From assembly GCF_009914755.1 (NCBI RefSeq), contig NC_060928.1: a DNA stretch of 64,000 nucleotides; one strand, given 5' to 3'. The stretch comes from the human T2T-CHM13v2.0 reference genome, Homo sapiens. Shown in pieces: positions 46,156 to 59,700 of this stretch (position 1 is its first letter; every line of letters begins with the position of its first letter). The notes under the pieces are model-generated. The model did not search any database. It had not been told where the DNA came from and worked only from the letters and a program-made list of their open reading frames with translations. A program made the translations under genes and the position numbers.

Positions 46156-47529
46156 CTGCATAATTGAATTTTAATTTGTAGCTCATATTTGAAACTGCAG
46201 CTGGCTTTCTGCATCTACATCAGCTTAATCAACTTGGCATGTTTCCTCCAACTGGTCTTCACATGGGCTTCAGAACCTCTCTGAAGGATGTCTGCCTCTG
46301 CCTGTCCCTTTGAGGAGCCCCCAAAGTGCACAATACCAGCACAGAATGTAAAACAGGCTTTTTCTAACATTCCCTCCATGTTTGATGACTGTTCATTTGG
46401 GCATTTTTACATGATGCCCTAATAGATAGAAACATTTATTTATTTGTATAGATTTTTCTTCACCCCACCTTTGCACCTGCTGGCTGTTTCCAGGTTCCAA
46501 CCTGGGAAAGCATAAGCATGACTAGCCAACTGAAAGTGTGTATCTCAGCACCTTGTGAAGTAGGCCCTGAAACAGGGGCATTCAGCCACTTCTCAGGGCT
46601 GTACCTGCACTTAGAAGCCCCTAGACTGGACCTGCAGTATTCCTGGGGGTAATAGAAAAACCAGAGTTCAGAGTCCTGTCCCCAGGCTAGAAAGCCAGAA
46701 GCACCCTTGGCTCTCCATAAGTCATAACACTGGCTCATGTGCCCTCAGCTAGGAAGGACCTTGGAGGACATTTAGGCCAGACATCTGCTACTCAGTTCCC
46801 TTCTACAACATCCCCACCTAGTGGATCTGCCAGAATGCTTCTCCAGTGGGGATAATCATTCCCAGTTGCCCCAGGGAAGAAAAGGGCAAGTTCTACCCAG
46901 AAGAAAGAGGCCATTAACCAGCTGGAGTCTCTAGGCTGCCTTCCTTGACCTCTTTAACAAGACAATGGTCTTGATAGCTGGGCACTGTCAACAGAGGATT
47001 TTCTAAACTCCCTTCCTCTCATTACTACATTAGAGCCTGGCTGCCTAGATCGTAGAGTTTTACTATGAGACAGAGGAGAAAGAAGCCATGGTATGACAAG
47101 GAAATGAGAAGTCTATTCCTTCCAGTCCAAGAGATTGTGAGAGGAAGAGGAGCCAGGCTGAGAAAGCAGAGAAAGAATGGCCAAGGCTCTGGATGTGGGG
47201 GGTGTGTTCCAGAGGGAAGGGGAGGGCCAGAAACTCTGCAGAGCCAGAGACATGCTTCCCTGTGAGTCCCAGATGGATGTGCAGAATGTCCAGGATAAGC
47301 CCACTAAGCAGCCCCTTTCAACATGACACAATGTAGGGGCAATGACTATGGCAGACGCAGCACTTTTGGCTGCATAGGATCTCATTTACATGCCCTGCTG
47401 AGGAGACCTGGAGGGGCTGAAAGGGTTGGCAGAGCGTCCTGCCAGGGGACAGAGTCCACTCAGTCATTTCCTACGACGAGAGCAAATGGCCAAGATCCAG
47501 TGATGGGTCCTGGCCAACAACAATGATAT

Positions 47530-48485
47530 TGACCCATATTGAATACTTATTAAATGTCAGGCTTGTCTAAGTGCTTTCCATTTATTATCTCATATTTAAT
47601 TTTTGAATTAGCCTTGGGAGGTAAGCACTATTATGATCCCCACTTTTCAGATGAGAAGTTCCTGGCCAAAGTTACTCAGCAAGATTAGATAGGATCAACC
47701 AGACCTCAGTGGTCCTGAGGTCGGAGACCAAATCAGAACAGGGCAGAAGACGGAGTGTGTCCAGAAGATACTATACGCACGTAAAAACCCTTCCCCATCC
47801 CACCCTATCCCCACTGCCACAAGGACCCTAAAAGTTCTCTTGCAAGAGAAGCTGAAGATGGTGGAAATCTGAAAAACTGACTATTTAACTCAAAACAGCC
47901 TGAATGGTCTAATAGGACTACTGAAATTGTTAGATTAGATTGACATTACTGGGTTGGTCTATGCCTGGTTTACTTACTATCCAGTGCTAGGGGGTCCAGA
48001 AAAAAATTAGGTCAGTTAGACAAAAAATACAGAAGCTTACTTTTTTGCATGTTTGAGTGGAGTGTGAGTAAATGTATGGCTTGACTTCATTTCCTAGTCT
48101 GGTATATCTAAGACACTATTTGCTCTGAATAGGAAAGTCTGACAGTTCTGGGTTTGAACCCAGCTGAGCTACTCACTTGCTGTTTGACTCTTGCTTACTT
48201 AGCCTTTCAGGGCTTCATTTTCTTCACATGAAAAATAATAATAACAGATTTATATCGTTTAGAAGAGAAGCCAGCAAATATTTTCTATGAAAAGCTAGAG
48301 AATAAATATTTTAGGCCTTGGAGTCCTAGAATCTCTATTGTACCTGCTCAACTCTGCCACTGAAGCACAAAAGCAGCCACAGATGATAGATAAGTGGATG
48401 TGCAATACTGAATTCCAATAAAACTTTATTTACAAAGCATACGGAGAGACAGATTTGGCTCAAGAGCCTTTGTTTGCCATCCTTT
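47530..48485. mobile_element. MIR fragments (47530-47720, 48130-48265) and MER58-like element (48265-48485)
   Basis: cccacttttcagatgaga; cagcaaatattttctatgaaaagctagagaataaatattttagg...ttccaataaaactttatttacaaa. Confidence 0.65.
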
Positions 48486-48552
48486 GGGTTGAATATAGAC
48501 TACACAATGACAAAGAGATCCCAAAATATATTGCCTTAAATAAGACAGAAGT

Positions 48553-48842
48553 GGCCAGGTGTGGTGGCTTACACCTGTAATCCCAGCACTTTGGGAGGCC
48601 AAGTCAGATGGATCATGAGGTCAAAAGATGGAGACCATCCTGGTCAACATGGTGAAACCCCATCTCTACTAAAAATAAAAAAATTAGCTGGGCGTGGTGG
48701 CACGTGCCTGCAGTCCCAGCTATTTGGGAGGCTGAGGCAGGAGAATCACTTGAACCCAGGAGGCAGAGGTTGTAGCGAACCAAGATATTGCACCACTGCA
48801 CTCCAGCCTGGGTGACACAGCAAGACTCCATCTCAAAAAAAA
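48553..48842 (+). mobile_element. Alu (AluSc-like) inside an MLT1 fragment
   Basis: ggatcatgaggtcaa..gatggagaccatcctgg; TSD aagacaga. Confidence 0.95.
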
Positions 48843-48974
48843 GACAGACATATATTTCTCTCTCCTTTTAACAGTCTAAAGGTGACCATCCGGATTGGTG
48901 GGGCAGCTCTGCTCCATGTGGTCATTCGGGATCCAGGTTCTTTCTGTCTTTCGCTCTTCTATGCCTAAGGAACA

Positions 48975-49350
48975 TTCAAGGAATAGCAAGGACAAGGCTG
49001 GAGTGGCTAGAGCCAAGCAAGCAGAGGAAATAGTTTAGGAGATGAGGTCAGAAAGGATGTGTGTGTGTGTGTGTGTGTGTGTGTGTTGTGTCAGAGAAAC
49101 AAAGACAGAAAGAGTAGTTTATGTTCTTGTAAGCTATTGTAGAAATTTGGCTCTTGCTCTATGAATGATGGGAAGCCCTGACTTTTCCTGAACCGCCTGA
49201 TCTGACTCACACTTTAACAGGATGCCTCCAGCCACTAAGTGGAAAACAGACAAGGAGGAGTCAGGGAGGCAGCAGGGGCCCTAGTGTGGCGGCCACAACA
49301 ATAATCAAGGTGGGAAACCATGGTGACTTGGGCCAGAGTGGATGTGGTCA
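48975..49350 (-). mobile_element. L2 fragment containing (TG)n
   Basis: ggagatgaggtcaga...gatgggaagcc...tgatctgact...tttaacaggat...ggtgacttgggccagagtgg. Confidence 0.65.
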
Positions 49351-49616
49351 GACTGTAGATATATCTTTAAATGCAAATACATTTTTAATTTTTTTGCTGA
49401 GAAAGTTTATGACTTTGTTTGGCTTATCAAAAGTTGACCCTTTAAAAACTTACAGATCACTATATAGGCCAGTCACATTTAGATATGACCAAAGGCTTTG
49501 AGGAACCACTTAATGTCTTAGTATCACGGTAAATAGCTTCACATGAGAAGGAACTGTGTCCTTTTTGTTAAACACTGAATACTCACTGCTTGGCACAGTG
49601 CATAACATATAGCTGG

Positions 49617-49752
49617 GCACCAGCACACCCAGCTAATTTTTGTATTTTTAGTAGAGACAGGGTTTCACCATGTTGACAAGGATAGTCTCCATCTCTTGAC
49701 CTCGTGATCTGCCCGCCTCAGCCTCGCAAAGTGCTGGGATTACAGGCATAAG
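49617..49752 (-). mobile_element. Internal Alu fragment (left monomer and linker), no tail or TSD
   Basis: cccagctaatttttgtatttttagtagagacagggtttcacc...gggattacaggcataag. Confidence 0.85.
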
Positions 49753-50349
49753 TGCAGGAAAGTGCAGGTATAGCAATGAACACAGAGTCTGCCATAAACT
49801 CAACCTTTGTGTCACCTTCATAAGGTGCACAGCTCTCACTTTACCGTTTCTACTGTGTAGAGAACAGGACCCCCAAGGGGAGATGGAGGTGTTCAAACGC
49901 GCTAGCCCATCCCCGTTCAAGAAGCCACAGCCTCACAGGTCTCCTAGTTGTGCTTCTGTAAATCACAAGGTCATGGGCTTTTACAATCTTGATTACTTGA
50001 GACTCAGAAGATTCAAGCTGCAGATTCCAAGGTGGTACCATGTTCATCATCTTCCACTGTGAAAACAAAGCACACACAGGAAAGTGCTAGCTCTCCCTCC
50101 CTTAGGCAAGACACGTCATCTCTGGGTCTCCACTTCCTACCTAGAACACAAGGGGGTTGGAGTAAGAGGCTCCAAAGGATTTCAAGCCCCCTAAACTATT
50201 CCCAGACTCAGGCCTTGTCCCACCGCCCCCCACCATGTCCTAAGCTCCAGAGAGGGTGGCTGGCTGGTGGCACACAAGAGGGCTCCACATCAGTGACTAC
50301 TGGCTACTCACGGGTAAGTGGGTGGTCAGCAGAAAAGGCTGGGCTTAGA

Positions 50350-50612
50350 GCCAGGTGCGGTGGCTCACACCTGTAATCCCAGCACTTTGGGGGGCTGAGG
50401 CGGGTAGATTGCCTGAGGTCAGGAGTTTGAGACCAGCCTGGCCAACATAGTGAAACCCCATCTCTACTAAAAATAAAAAAAAATAAAAAATAAAAAAAAA
50501 ATAGCTGGAGAATCGCTTGAACTCAGGAGGCGGAGGTTGCAGTGAGCCAAGATCGTGCCATTGCACTCCAGCTTGGGCAACAAGAGCGAAACTCTGTCTC
50601 AAAAAGAAAAGA
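50350..50612 (+). mobile_element. Alu (AluSp/Sq-like) with internal deletion in the right monomer
   Basis: caacaagagcgaaactc; tagctgg joined directly to agaatcgcttg; TSD aaaaggctggg(c/a)ttaga. Confidence 0.93.
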
Positions 50613-50859
50613 AAAAGGCTGGGATTAGACAGCCCTTCATGAAGAATGGCCTATCCAGCTTCTCATATGACCCACGCAGCAAAATAGACCCCCTCACCCT
50701 CTTGTGTCCCCTCACCCCTCACCCCACTGCCACATCCACATGCTCTCCTTGAAATGGGATTACAGAACAAAACATGGGCTCTAGAGTCAAACACATCTGG
50801 ATCAGCACTTGGCACTTACAATGCTGAGGCTTTTTGCATATTTATGGATTAAAAATGGA

Positions 50860-51500
50860 GGGTAGCCCAGTGGATAAGGGCACAGCTTCTGGTGCCAGAG
50901 TTTCCTGGGTTTAAACCCAAGCTCCTCTTCCTGCTGGCTGTGTGACTCCAGACAAGTTCCTTAACTTCTCTGTGCCTCTGTTGATTCATTTGTAAAATGG
51001 GGATAATGATTGGACCTGCCTCACAGAATTTGTGAGGACCAACTGAGATAATAGCTATAAAGCCTTTAGAATAGCACCTGGCACTGGGCTAGGGCTAAAG
51101 AAGGGTTAGATATGATTATTGTTTTCTCTGTTTCAGGTCTTATTGGCTGTGCAAACTTGAGGGAGTTGCCTAACCACTCTGGGCCCTGTTTTCCTGGCTT
51201 TGCCACTCTTCAGCTGTGTGACCCGGGGAAGCTCTCAACCTCTTTGTGCCTCCATTTCCACATCTGTAAAATGGGGATATGAAAGTGGCTGCTTTGTGAA
51301 GAGTCCTGAGAATAAATGAGTTAAGGTATGTAACACTCTGCCTGGTGCCTGGTACCCTGCAAATGTCAACCAGTCATTTAATCAGCATCCTTTTAGAAAA
51401 TATTAATTGAGGTACACTTTGGGACTAGGCATGCTGGGAAAACAGTGGTGACCCCCACAGACACAGCCTCTGGAATGAGAGCTTCCTCCTGCCTTGCCTC
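50860..51500. mobile_element. MIR cluster and L2 fragment
   Basis: Repeated ctctgtgcctc...tgtaaaatgggga core; cattta..cagc...attgag...ctaggcatgctggg. Confidence 0.7.
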
Positions 51501-53212
51501 CCACCCCAACCCATGACTTTAATGGTCATAGAAAATTTCATGTTAATTTCACATCTTTAATTTTCTCACAGCTCAGCTAGCGTTTGTTTGAACTCACTTA
51601 TTTTTCCTTTACAAATGTCCATTTTTTTCCATCCTCTGGGCCAGCATGACTATAAATCATTGTCTATGATTCCATGCTTAGAAAGAGCCAGGCTAGAACC
51701 TACCATCGGAGGGTTTTACTGGGTTATTTATTGCGACAGAAAATGCAAATGCATTGGCAGTAAACATAAGGAAGAAAAAGCTACTTCAGCAATATGTGCA
51801 GAACGTAAATGCAGATGGAAATGGGGGGTTGGAGTGTCATTTTTAGTAAGTAGAGCAGATACTCCACTTTGCTGAAAATATGAAATACCAGAAAATTCTC
51901 CTGACTTTCTATGTTAATGAAAGAAATGTAAAGTTGACCTGCTTCCTTTTTCAGGACCCCAGAATGACATTATATTTCGCTATAGTTAGTGCTATTCAAT
52001 GTGAAAAGCTGACAAAACAGCAAATAAAAAACCTAAAAGGGAGTGTGCAGAGAACAGAGCTTTGCTGAACAACATCAAGTCCTTTCTCATCACCTGCACT
52101 ACAGAAAGATCCTCTCTTGGTGCTGCCAAATTTCCTTTTTCTGGTCTGTTTCATACCAGAAAGATCTTTTCCAAGTGGTTAAAAATATATTGTCCTGGTC
52201 TCTGTGCATAACTTGCAGACAGAGTTAGGGAACAGGGAGCCCGAGCTCCCCAGATGCACTCAAGGATAAGAAGGGTTGCCTTGTCCTGAATAGTTGACAT
52301 TAGAGAAAAGGCTTGATTCCTACTCCTGATGTTTCCTTCCCTGTGGAGGGAGTCCGGGAGCACAGTACTCCTGGCACAAGTCTGCAGGCCTCACTCTCCA
52401 GTCCCAGTGAGGTGCTATAGGTGCAATGAGGTGAATTAGGACCAGAAACTGAACACGCTAAAACCAATCTCACTCTCTCCCTCTGGTCTGCCTGCCAAGT
52501 GCAAATGTTCATCTGCTCCTCCACACTGCAAATATGTGACCAGGTATGTCGAAATGTGTGTTTCGGGGGTCGGTGTTAGGAAACCCATCTACATGCAGAT
52601 AATAAGCTGTGGTCTCCAATGTAACCCTTATCAGTCATAAAGGGTGCTATTCTGGCATATTCCCTACTTCTCAAGGGCTGCAGTACTCAGGCAGAGAATC
52701 GGGGCTTGTGACAGGGCCATCCCAAACCCCAAGAGGTGACAAAGATGTCTCTGAGATATCATGGATAGTCTTCAGAGCATCGTCATCTCCCTCGGGGTCA
52801 GGCCACAACCCACCAAACGCAGCTTAGGAGACCTTATTGTCACTAAGAAGTCTTCTCGGCCATGGTTAAGGAAGTTAAAGTGACTACATTCCTCTTCAAC
52901 ATTCAATTCCCAGTCAAGACTCTGCTGAAATGCCTTCAAGAAATCTCCCTGGATTTTTTAGCTAAATTGATCGTTTCTTCTTTTTAATTTCAGTACAACT
53001 GTTTACTCACCTGGGTGCACAAATTATTTGTGGAAATGACTTCTCTCCCTTAAACAGTATGTGTGTTGTGGAAATGACGTCTCTCTCTTAAACAGTGTGT
53101 ATGTGTGTGTGGTGACACGTCATAGTGTGGTATGTGGATGTGTTGGTTCTTTCTTAAATTAATAGACCCATTTGGCAGCAACCTCATTCCTATAAGCCAA
53201 TAAAAATGGTGG

Positions 53213-53697
53213 TGTGTTAGTTACTCATTACTGCAAAACAAATTACTCCAAAACACAGCAGCTTAAAACAACAAATGCTTATTGTCTCACATAGTTTCCA
53301 TGAATCAGGAATCCAGGAGTGGTGTAAGTTTCTCAGGAAGTTGCAGTCAAGACATTGGCCAGGTCTGTGATCATCTGAAGGCTTGACTGGGGCTGACAGA
53401 TCCACCTCCAAGTTGGTTCACTCCCATGGTGCAGACTGCTGGCAGAAGAACTCAATGTCTCCCACATGGGCCCCTCAACAGGCTGCTTGAGTATGTTCAG
53501 AGCATGGTGGCTGGCCTCCCTCCAAGTGAGCAGTCCAAGACCTATTCTGGGACGTCATACACCAACACTTTTGCCACATTCTACTCCTTAGAAGCAAGTC
53601 CCTAAGCAAAGCTCATACTCCACGGGAGGGAAACCAGGCTCCACCTCTTGAAGGGAGGGGCACCAAATAATTTGCAAGTATATTTCAAAACCACTGC
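53213..53697 (-). mobile_element. MLT1F/G/H-like LTR
   Basis: tgtgttagttactcattactgca...gcttaaaacaacaaa...catctgaaggcttgactggggctg...aaaaccactgca. Confidence 0.78.
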
Positions 53698-55801
53698 AGG
53701 TCACATGGTGCAGAAAGACAGAAGCAGAGCAGAAGAATATTAAAACCTATTGAATTTACAACAGCAAGAATAAAATACATGATTGTTGGAACATTTAGAG
53801 CTCCTTTCTCTCTATTGTCTGCCCAGGAAAACTGATATGGATAAATATGGAAGAGAGCTGGCCAGTGGATGAAATGGTGATGTAAAGGTGAGCTTTGCGG
53901 AAGAGTGGAGAAAAGAGATTGGCACTGAAGTGGGCAGTGAAAGAGCAAGAGGCTTGTGGGAGACTTGATTTCAGAGGCAGCGTTTGGATGGTTATGAACA
54001 GGCTTTCCTCTTCTTTCAGGGGTACCGTAAAGATCAGAATTAATAGTATGACTATTTGGTTTGGAGGCTGTTTCATTAAGTATTACACTGTGGAGAGACT
54101 GGATCACATGGGTCATATTATTTATTCAGGTTACATTCACACTCCCTGTGAATTCCCACCCTATGCAAACTGGCAAGAAAACGCTATTTTAAAAGATTCT
54201 TGAACGCTTTTGTATCTTTCTTAAGACTTTTGTATACAGCACTGTTCACATAGTAGGTAGTCAAAATTAGTGAGAAAGACTCAAGCAAAAAGTTTATTTG
54301 GATTTCCATATGATTTATAAGCCAAGACGCTATAATCCAAAGAGGCAGGAAAATGATGTAAACTAGAAATAAAAATATTTGTAAGTGACAATGTGTCCTG
54401 AATTCTTTGACAGGTTAAGAGAAATAAAAGCAGGAGACGAGGAGAGAGTCACACCACGGTGAGCAGAGAGTTGAGCTGGGGCCCGGGACAAGCATCAAAA
54501 GTGTCACTTCCTCTGAGGTCCCAACCCTACTTCCATAGGCTCTGCAGCCCACACCACCTTGGAACCAAACAGGGAGGTGGCAGAACTGATGGGCTGGCCG
54601 CACCACCTTAAATCTCTTAGCTCCAAAACTGGAGGTGCTCATCAGGACCCTGCATCATTTCTGTGGGTGATGGATGGTGTGAGGTAAGGCACAGAGATCT
54701 AGACTTATTTCTCCTTCCACAACAATTGTTTCTTGGAAGAGGAAGAAAACTTAGCTGGATTTTATCTCTTTGTGTGGATTTCTGGGGTAGACACCCAGAG
54801 GTGTGTGCAGGAGCATGCTCTTTGGGGCCCACATAGAGATTCCAGCAGGTGCTGGAGATTCTGGGGTAGCCTTTCCATGACTGCTGGCCTCTTTTCCCCT
54901 GTGTTGCTTTGGTTTGCTGTCTGGCTAAAGGCAGGAGTGGGAGAAACTCACATTCCACAAGAGGCTGCCTGGAGCAGAGGCCAAGAGGGTAAGGTTTGTC
55001 CAAGGCCTTCCATCTCAGCTTTGCTGCCAATTTGTCAGAAAAAAAATCATTTGTGCCAATTAGACCCTGGTTAGGAAAGTGTTGTCCTGTCTGGGAAGCA
55101 GGTACAGAAACCAGTTGCAAGGACAGGAGATCAATGAAAGTGACACATTACTTATGCCTCCAATTCTTCTCAGCCCTCAATTTAGTCTCTGAGACACAGA
55201 GAAAATAAGTGTACTTGCCTTGCTAATGGGTACATGGTTGGCTTTGGGCAATTTATATAGAGCACTTTAGTTCCAAGATGAAATGCACTGAGATATTAGG
55301 ATTAGTCTCTGCTTTAATGAGTTTCTGACTTGCAGGTTTGAAAAAATTTAGTTCTTTTCTGTATTTCTCTACAAACACAAAACAATGATTTAATGGTAAA
55401 ACAACAATGAAAAGAAACTAGGCCATTCTCTCCAAAATGATTAAAAGGGTACTTCTCCTGACCTGACATAACCTTTCCTCATATGAATTTATTATCTGTA
55501 TTCACACTCATATTCCACTGGAATGCCTTGGGTCCAGGTGGATGGTTGCTTATGGTTAGTATCGATTCTGAGCAGGTAGGCATTCATACTGTTTGGTTGA
55601 CGCCTGTGGTGAACAGACCTTAAGGTGACTTCTTGCACCCCTGAGTCATTTTCTTGTATAATCTCCTCTCTTTGAGGACACAAACTGTGCCCTGCTTCAA
55701 ACCAGTGGAATAGAGACAAGGTGATGAGATCTTTGGTTATTGCACCTAACTGCTTCATTCATTGCACAATTAGTCACACGCTGTTTTGTGATGCAGAACA
55801 T

Positions 55802-56111
<310 letters not shown>

Positions 56112-56759
56112 TAAACCTTGTATTGTTGACTATAGCATCATGCACTTACTATTTTCCCTCTTAACTAGATTTTAAGTCTCTTGAGGGCAAGAACTCTGTT
56201 CTTGAAGATTTTCAGAAGCCCGATAGCATATGGAAGTACTTGACACACAATAAGTACACAGTCATATGTGATTTGGTTTCTGAGCCTTCATTTGTCCAAC
56301 AAAACCAGATGGGTCTTAGATGAAGATATACGTGGCAAACACTGCATGCCTACTGTGGGTCAGGTTAGCTCCCAGACATGCAGAAAACAAAAGCTCTGTC
56401 CTCAGGAGTTCATGATGGTTCAACCCAATCAACGAAGTCTTGCAATCTCACTTCCTCCTTACCTTGTAGAGTTGGAAGATATCCAAATATTCCTAGAGTT
56501 CTTTGTCAATCTGTCAGGATTATAATTCCACAGATCAGGCAGAGTGTAACCATGAAGCTCTTCAGTGAATTTTTAGTGACTTTTGGGTGATTTTTTAGTT
56601 TCCAAGTAGAAGAAGCAAAAGACCCTTGTGGTGGTTACCTTCCATCTAAACAGAGAGTGAGCTACAAAGATACTGCTGTCCCTCAGTGGCCCATGGGTGT
56701 CCCTGCAAATCTGTGACTCAAGTGGCCATATTCATATTAAGCAGACCAGAGATCAAAAC

Positions 56760-59700
56760 CATATTAGGCATGAACCACTTTTTATTCATAGGCTTACCGA
56801 ATATATTGAATTAAGAGGCATATAGTTTGTATACCCTATTTACCAAAAAGAGCTAAATATGTATACAGCCTAAAATACATCCACTGTAGTCTGCATACTG
56901 TAAAACTTGCTTCTTTACACATAGAAACTATTCTTATTTTACCTAGGTTATGCACTTAAAATACATACAAATGGTACCAAATAGCATATTGGCCTATTTT
57001 ATCACAATTCTTATACATTCCTGATAATCAAAGGGACTGATAGGGAATGCATAGTTTCCTACTAGAAAAAAAGTAGATTTTGATACAAGCAATGGAATAC
57101 AGTAAGGATAATAATAACTTGGTTTCGATCTCAGTAGCTTTACAATATGCTTCTTATTTGAATGAGCATTACAGTTGGCTCTCTTCATTAATAATTGAGA
57201 TGTTGTTAATCTTCCTGGTCATTCTACCCTCTGCTTGCCTGGCTGAGGCAAAAGAAATCATCATCCTTTTTTCCTTTTCTTTCAGTTTGTTTTTACTTTC
57301 CCAAGTTTCCTCCAGAGCCATCTGCCCCACTTTGCCATTCCCCTTCCATTGCCACCCAAATCCGGACCACTTTCTAATTGCATCATTGCATACAACTAGA
57401 TTATTGTATTCCACTCCAGGAAGCTGTTGAACAGAATCTTTGGCCGCTGCCTAATTAAAGAACTTCCTTCCGCAGCTGCGAAGGAGAGGCTGATACCTCT
57501 GCAGAAGAATCAGGAAGCCAGCTTAAGAGGTTTTCTTTAGGTGGCATGCAAATAGACTCCCCTCCTGCAGATCTTCATCTCACCTTCATTATACCCCAGG
57601 CCAGAGAAATTTCCATCATGAGCACTCCTGACCGCCAAACCTCTGGCATCCCATGCTGATTTCTTTCCTAAAAATACACAGACTCTCACTCCATGGGGAA
57701 GAAAAAATGCAACTCTGCCATTTCCAGTGTGCTTCCTGAAGGCTGATGACGGCCGAGAGCAATTCATCACCACTCGTGCATTCAGGTTTTGAATTTTTCC
57801 TTCACAGATCTCTTCTTGTTTATCTGGTGGACAATGTGACAAGAACCAGATGTGTCTCAACCTCAACATCCTCCCCATAGCTATGCAGGGGGAGAAACAA
57901 CCAGACCAGCTAGATATCCTCCTTAGTACAACAGAAAACTATCCAAAATTTCTGGACCACTTTCAAGAGTGGGGCCTTGAATGTAAAAAGAGTGGGGCAT
58001 GCAATTGCATGTTTGTTAATTGTTAAATGGACCAGTTGATTGAATGGTGTCTATTCAGTATGATTTTTCTTCTGGCTATGCATATTTTATTGCACTTTTT
58101 ACTTTATCTCAAGGTGCTGCCAAATTCAAAATCATGCTAGAAATGAAAGTCTTTCTCTGGGAGAGTATAGCAGGGTGTCTTAGAAAGAAAATACAATGTC
58201 TGCTGATCAGAGGGAAAGTTATTGCTTTGCCAGTCCCTATTGGATAACCATGGCAGGCAATTCATATAGTTTTCATGTCTATTTCCTTCTCTCTGAAATT
58301 AGAATAATACCTGCCCTGCAATAAACTTCAGAGCTATTTATGAACAAATGAGGTGAGTACTAATGTGCATTGGAAAAATATAAAGCTTTGCTAAATGTAA
58401 GGTGGCCTTATCATCCACTGTCCAATAACACAGTGCTCTTCATGTCTAAGAGTTATTTTTAGAGTCTTGATAATAGACCCATTCCCGACCCCATGGAGTA
58501 TGGGGACAAGCCCCCTTTAAGGAAAGGCCTTAAAGCCACATGGCCGCACAGAGGGATCAGTCCAGGAGCCTCGCCACAAAGTTCATAAAGAAGAAATAAG
58601 CTGAGCAGACGACCACCCAGTGGGTGATGGGAGGGAAAGTAGAAGAAAGATCCACCCCCTCCTTCAAGCTGATCTCCACTGGGGACGGTCCACATATTTC
58701 TCTGCTTTGCATTTTTGCTGTTGCTTGGTTGGTTTTTTGTTTTACATTATTACTGGAAGAATGCTTCTTGCAGAAGTTGTTTAAAACTTCAGGGATTCTT
58801 GGGATGGAGCAGTAAGATTAATGAAGCAAAGATATCACCACCCCGTGCCAAGAACATCTATGCTCCTTTAGTAAGTTGGCCAGAACAAATATCTCCTTCC
58901 ACAGCACAGGCGCTCTGTAGACTACAGGCTTTAGTCTTGTATAAAATAACATTATAAAAAAGGAAAACCTGATTGCAGTTGAGTGGGTCACCCCCTTCTC
59001 ACACCCCACCCATCACCTGTTTAGATCGTTCTTTCACCTCCTAATTCCCCATCTGGACTCAACAGCTCTCCCCATCCTAAGCCCAGCATCCTGTGTTTCC
59101 TGGTTTCCCAGAATCTGGCAATGTGAGCAGAATAGTGAGTGCAGGGGGTCAGTCGCTCATTTACCCTCAGAGGGGCAGCTGGGAATGTGATACCTCTCTG
59201 CAGTAGCAACACTGTGAAAAGATGCCACCTTGCCATCTCTACAGGTGGCTGGAATTGGGAACATCACTTTGATCTGGCATAGTTGCTGGGACTGTCTAAA
59301 TATCTCCTACAGTTTGCCAAGTACCCATTTTTCTGCCCAGGTTTATCTGAGTGGTTCCATGCAACAGAAAGAATAGCTTGCCATCTTTAGGACTGGAGGA
59401 ATGGCAAAGCTCTTTCCCTTTCAGCCTCCAATGGGGGGACCTGGGCATTTGTAGCCTGTTCAAAGAAACCAAGAGGGAAAAAAAAGTGCAGAAGAAAAGT
59501 AATTTGCACTTAAAAATGAAAACAAACCACTTTTCTCCTGTTTGCTTGGTATTTTGCAGAAGTTTCAAGTAACAACACTACTATGCGTGGGTGAGTTCGT
59601 TCATTAAAATCCGTGGTTTCTGAGGCTAGAAGCCTCAGCCTACAGTCCCAGAATGTACCCAAGAGTGCTGATGTAACATCAATGCTTCATTCTCTGAGTG

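Noticed and set aside
53685-55208. Cluster of 100-167 aa ORFs on both strands in unique sequence
   Set aside because: No recognisable motifs or exon structure, several non-ATG starts; expected by chance.
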